From a virus (taxonomy: Duplodnaviria > Caudoviricetes), in IMG/VR virus record IMGVR_UViG_3300018413_000031, positions 1 to 26,491 of that record: a DNA stretch of 26,491 bases, one strand, 5' to 3'. Positions within the stretch are counted from its first letter, which is position 1, and each line of letters starts with the position of its first letter. Below the pieces are notes generated by a model that had not been told where the DNA came from, ran no database searches, and saw only the letters and a program-made list of their open reading frames with translations. The position numbers were made by a program, and so were the translations under genes. Positions 24,437 through 26,491 of this stretch are shown piece after piece.

Positions 24437-24457
24437 CAAAGGTCTCCCGGCGTTATT

Positions 24458-24571
24458 TATGTTGTTTATTGTAGGCGACATAATTTATTATAGGTTGGCT
24501 CAGGTCGGGACCAAATTAGAACGGGACTGGACCTTCAGCAGGAGTATTATCAGCAGTTGGAGTTTCCTCAG
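24458..24571. repeat. Direct repeat copy B (~114 bp)
   Basis: 3' end of the AAA gene plus intergenic DNA; identical core at 24523-24559. Confidence 0.92.
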
Positions 24572-25691
24572 CATCAGGATCAATCTCACCTGTATCAATC
24601 TTAGTGTAAAGATCGAGAAAGGCTTCTCGGGTTTCCGTTTCAAAACGGGAGATGCACATCTTGATTGCCGTAAGGCGATTCGCAAAGATTGAATACGCTT
24701 TGGCAATGTGGCAAAGTCGTCGAGTAGAAACCACTTCGTCAACACCGTCATCATCAAACGTCTTTCGAATGATCTTACTCCATGCAACAAGCTTGGTAAC
24801 AAACTCAGAGTCGTCAACGTCATAGCTGTTCATGTGCTTTTCAACAATTTTAGTTTCGATCGGAGAGGTTGGGAAGGGCTGATCAATGCTGGCCACAAAG
24901 CGCTCGAGAAAGGCTTCATCAATAACCTGTGCGGCTACAAATCGACCATCATCACTGCCCTGTCCTTTTGTATTTGCGGTGGCAATAACGTTGAATCCGT
25001 TGGCAGGGGATACCGTTTCACCAGTCTTTTTAATCAGAATGGGATTACCTTCAAGAACTCCTTGCAGACACATGATCTTGTTGGACCCACGATCAATCTC
25101 GTCGATAAGAAGGATCGCTCCAGCTTCCATGGCCTTAATCACAGGACCTTTTTGGAAAACCGTTTCTCCGTCGATAAGACGAAAGCCACCAATCAAATCG
25201 TCCTCATCAGTCTCAGGAGAGATCTGAACTCGAACATATTCTCGCTTGGTTTTAGCGCAGGCTTGTTCAACCATCATGGTTTTTCCATTCCCGCTCATTC
25301 CAGAAATGTAAACTGGGAAGAACATTTGAGATTCAATGATCTTCTTAATATTCTTATACTCTCCCCATTGGACAAAGTTTTTATTTACGGTAGGGACGTA
25401 AACCTCTTCACTGCCAACACTGCGAACAGAACCAACCGACATCTTAAACTCGGTGGAAGGTGTAGGCTGTGGAGGTGTTGGTGTGGAGGGCAACTCTCCG
25501 CTTTCAAAAGCTTCAAGATTCCAAAGACCTCGCTTAACTGATGCAGAAGGAATGAGAAATGTTTCTTTGGCGCTGTTATAGCTATGACCGTTCTTTCGAG
25601 CGGCGGTATAGACATCAGCGGTTTTGGCAACGGGAAATTTGCCCATTGCTTTGAGCTCGGCTATTGTGTTAATTACGTTATCGTTTTTCAT
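24516..25691 (-). CDS. MoxR/CbbQ-type AAA+ ATPase (CobS-like of T4-like phages)
   Basis: GMSGNGKT, ETDEDDLIGGFRL, LLIDEID, ATANTKGQG, EAFLERF, STRRL. Confidence 0.92.
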   Translation of the reverse strand: MKNDNVINTIAELKAMGKFPVAKTADVYTAARKNGHSYNSAKETFLIPSASVKRGLWNLEAFESGELPSTPTPPQPTPSTEFKMSVGSVRSVGSEEVYVPTVNKNFVQWGEYKNIKKIIESQMFFPVYISGMSGNGKTMMVEQACAKTKREYVRVQISPETDEDDLIGGFRLIDGETVFQKGPVIKAMEAGAILLIDEIDRGSNKIMCLQGVLEGNPILIKKTGETVSPANGFNVIATANTKGQGSDDGRFVAAQVIDEAFLERFVASIDQPFPTSPIETKIVEKHMNSYDVDDSEFVTKLVAWSKIIRKTFDDDGVDEVVSTRRLCHIAKAYSIFANRLTAIKMCISRFETETREAFLDLYTKIDTGEIDPDAEETPTADNTPAEGPVPF

Positions 25692-25725
25692 AATATAGTG
25701 TGGTGTAGTTGTTGGTTACGAGTAT

Positions 25726-25754
25726 ATTCTACCATAGTTTGAGGTAAATGTAAA
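25726..25754 (-). promoter_or_regulatory. Sigma70-type early promoter
   Basis: TTTACA-N17-TAGAAT. Confidence 0.72.
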
Positions 25755-25780
25755 TAATAAAATGATAAAAAACTTAATTT

Positions 25781-26491
25781 TTATGAGATCAAATCGCTGA
25801 ATTTCTGCAGAAACACACGAGATGCTCGCTTGTCTCTGTTCATCGTAGAGAACTTCCTAGCAAGGCGATTAACATCACCCGCTTTACTAAAGTCAAGGTC
25901 TTCTTCCACTTCGAGCTCGTTGTCTTCAATCCTTACCTTGCTCGATTCAACAACAAAGTATCCGTCGTACCCATAGCCGTCTTCAACAAACATCGTTCTG
26001 CTTTTGTTTTTAAGTGTCTTCTTCCGCAGTGTTTTGTACTCCTCTGTGGCGCCATACCAGTCTTTCGCTTTAAATTTCGAAGAGTGTCTTATTGCATTGA
26101 TTGCTGCTGTTTTGGCATTGCGAGAGCATCCAAGGAAAAAGCAGATTGCCGAAGAACCCGTGATCTTTTTGAAGGTAAGAATGAGTTGTCTGTAAGTACC
26201 GCCAATCTCAGCTGATCTTCCATACGAAAAGGCGCGTGGACCAATCTGGGTGTTGCCCCAGGAAAGATACTCTTTTCTTTTCGAGTAATAATATGGATCA
26301 TTCTGATCATCCGAAGGCTGGGAAGGTTTTTCGCGTAATGCACTTTCCTTATCACATACATATCTCATACACTGTGATTCACCATCCGTGAGAAACATGG
26401 TGTGAAGCTTTTGCACATTATACTGAGACCGAAAGCGATTCACGATTTCCGCTGCACATATGATTGTATCAAAGAGAGGTGTTCCGCCCAG
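25781..26491 (-). CDS. C-terminal part of a VWA-domain (CobT-like) partner of the AAA ATPase; starts outside the window
   Basis: The frame is open to the window end: LGGTPL and FLTDGES are MIDAS-associated motifs; adjacent to a MoxR-type ATPase. Confidence 0.82.
   Translation of the reverse strand: MGGTPLFDTIICAAEIVNRFRSQYNVQKLHTMFLTDGESQCMRYVCDKESALREKPSQPSDDQNDPYYYSKRKEYLSWGNTQIGPRAFSYGRSAEIGGTYRQLILTFKKITGSSAICFFLGCSRNAKTAAINAIRHSSKFKAKDWYGATEEYKTLRKKTLKNKSRTMFVEDGYGYDGYFVVESSKVRIEDNELEVEEDLDFSKAGDVNRLARKFSTMNRDKRASRVFLQKFSDLIS

Noticed and set aside
23366-24571. CRISPR array or IS element explanation for the direct repeats
   Set aside because: Only two copies 1.1 kb apart; no spacers, terminal inverted repeats or transposase.
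24708-25541. 277-aa plus-strand ORF
   Set aside because: Antisense shadow of the AAA gene, with no motifs or expression signals.
24516-25691. Cobalamin biosynthesis (cobS) function
   Set aside because: Generic MoxR-type AAA motifs only; no other cob genes are in the window.

Overview
This is a segment of a T4-like (myovirus) phage genome, almost entirely coded on the minus strand. It carries the core replication module (gp45 clamp, gp44/gp62 clamp loader, RegA, gp43 polymerase, UvsX, gp40-like, gp41 helicase), an AEP-type primase-like gene, a MazG-like NTP pyrophosphatase, Hsp20, a MoxR/CobS-like AAA ATPase with a VWA partner, and one tRNA(CAU). The most notable part is 3099-9006, an expanded cytosine-hypermodification cluster at the position where T4 has gene 42 and beta-gt. 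It contains a dCMP hydroxymethylase, a DUF1599-like protein, dCMP deaminase, a divergent beta-glucosyltransferase-like enzyme, an apparently self-contained NDP-sugar pathway (HAD phosphatase plus a nucleotidyltransferase-kinase fusion) and an atypical C5-cytosine methyltransferase-fold protein. Together these predict a glycosylated hmC base whose sugar is probably not host UDP-glucose. Two of these enzymes carry sliding-clamp-type motifs. Other points of interest are a flavin-dependent halogenase-like gene, an N6A/N4C methyltransferase between ~115-120-bp direct repeats that has captured its neighbour's C-terminus, a ROSE-like RNA thermometer on hsp20, a hairpin repeated 21 kb apart with a covarying stem, many apparently leaderless promoters, and a secreted protein hinting at a Verrucomicrobia host. 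All assignments come from motif recognition by eye; no searches were run.
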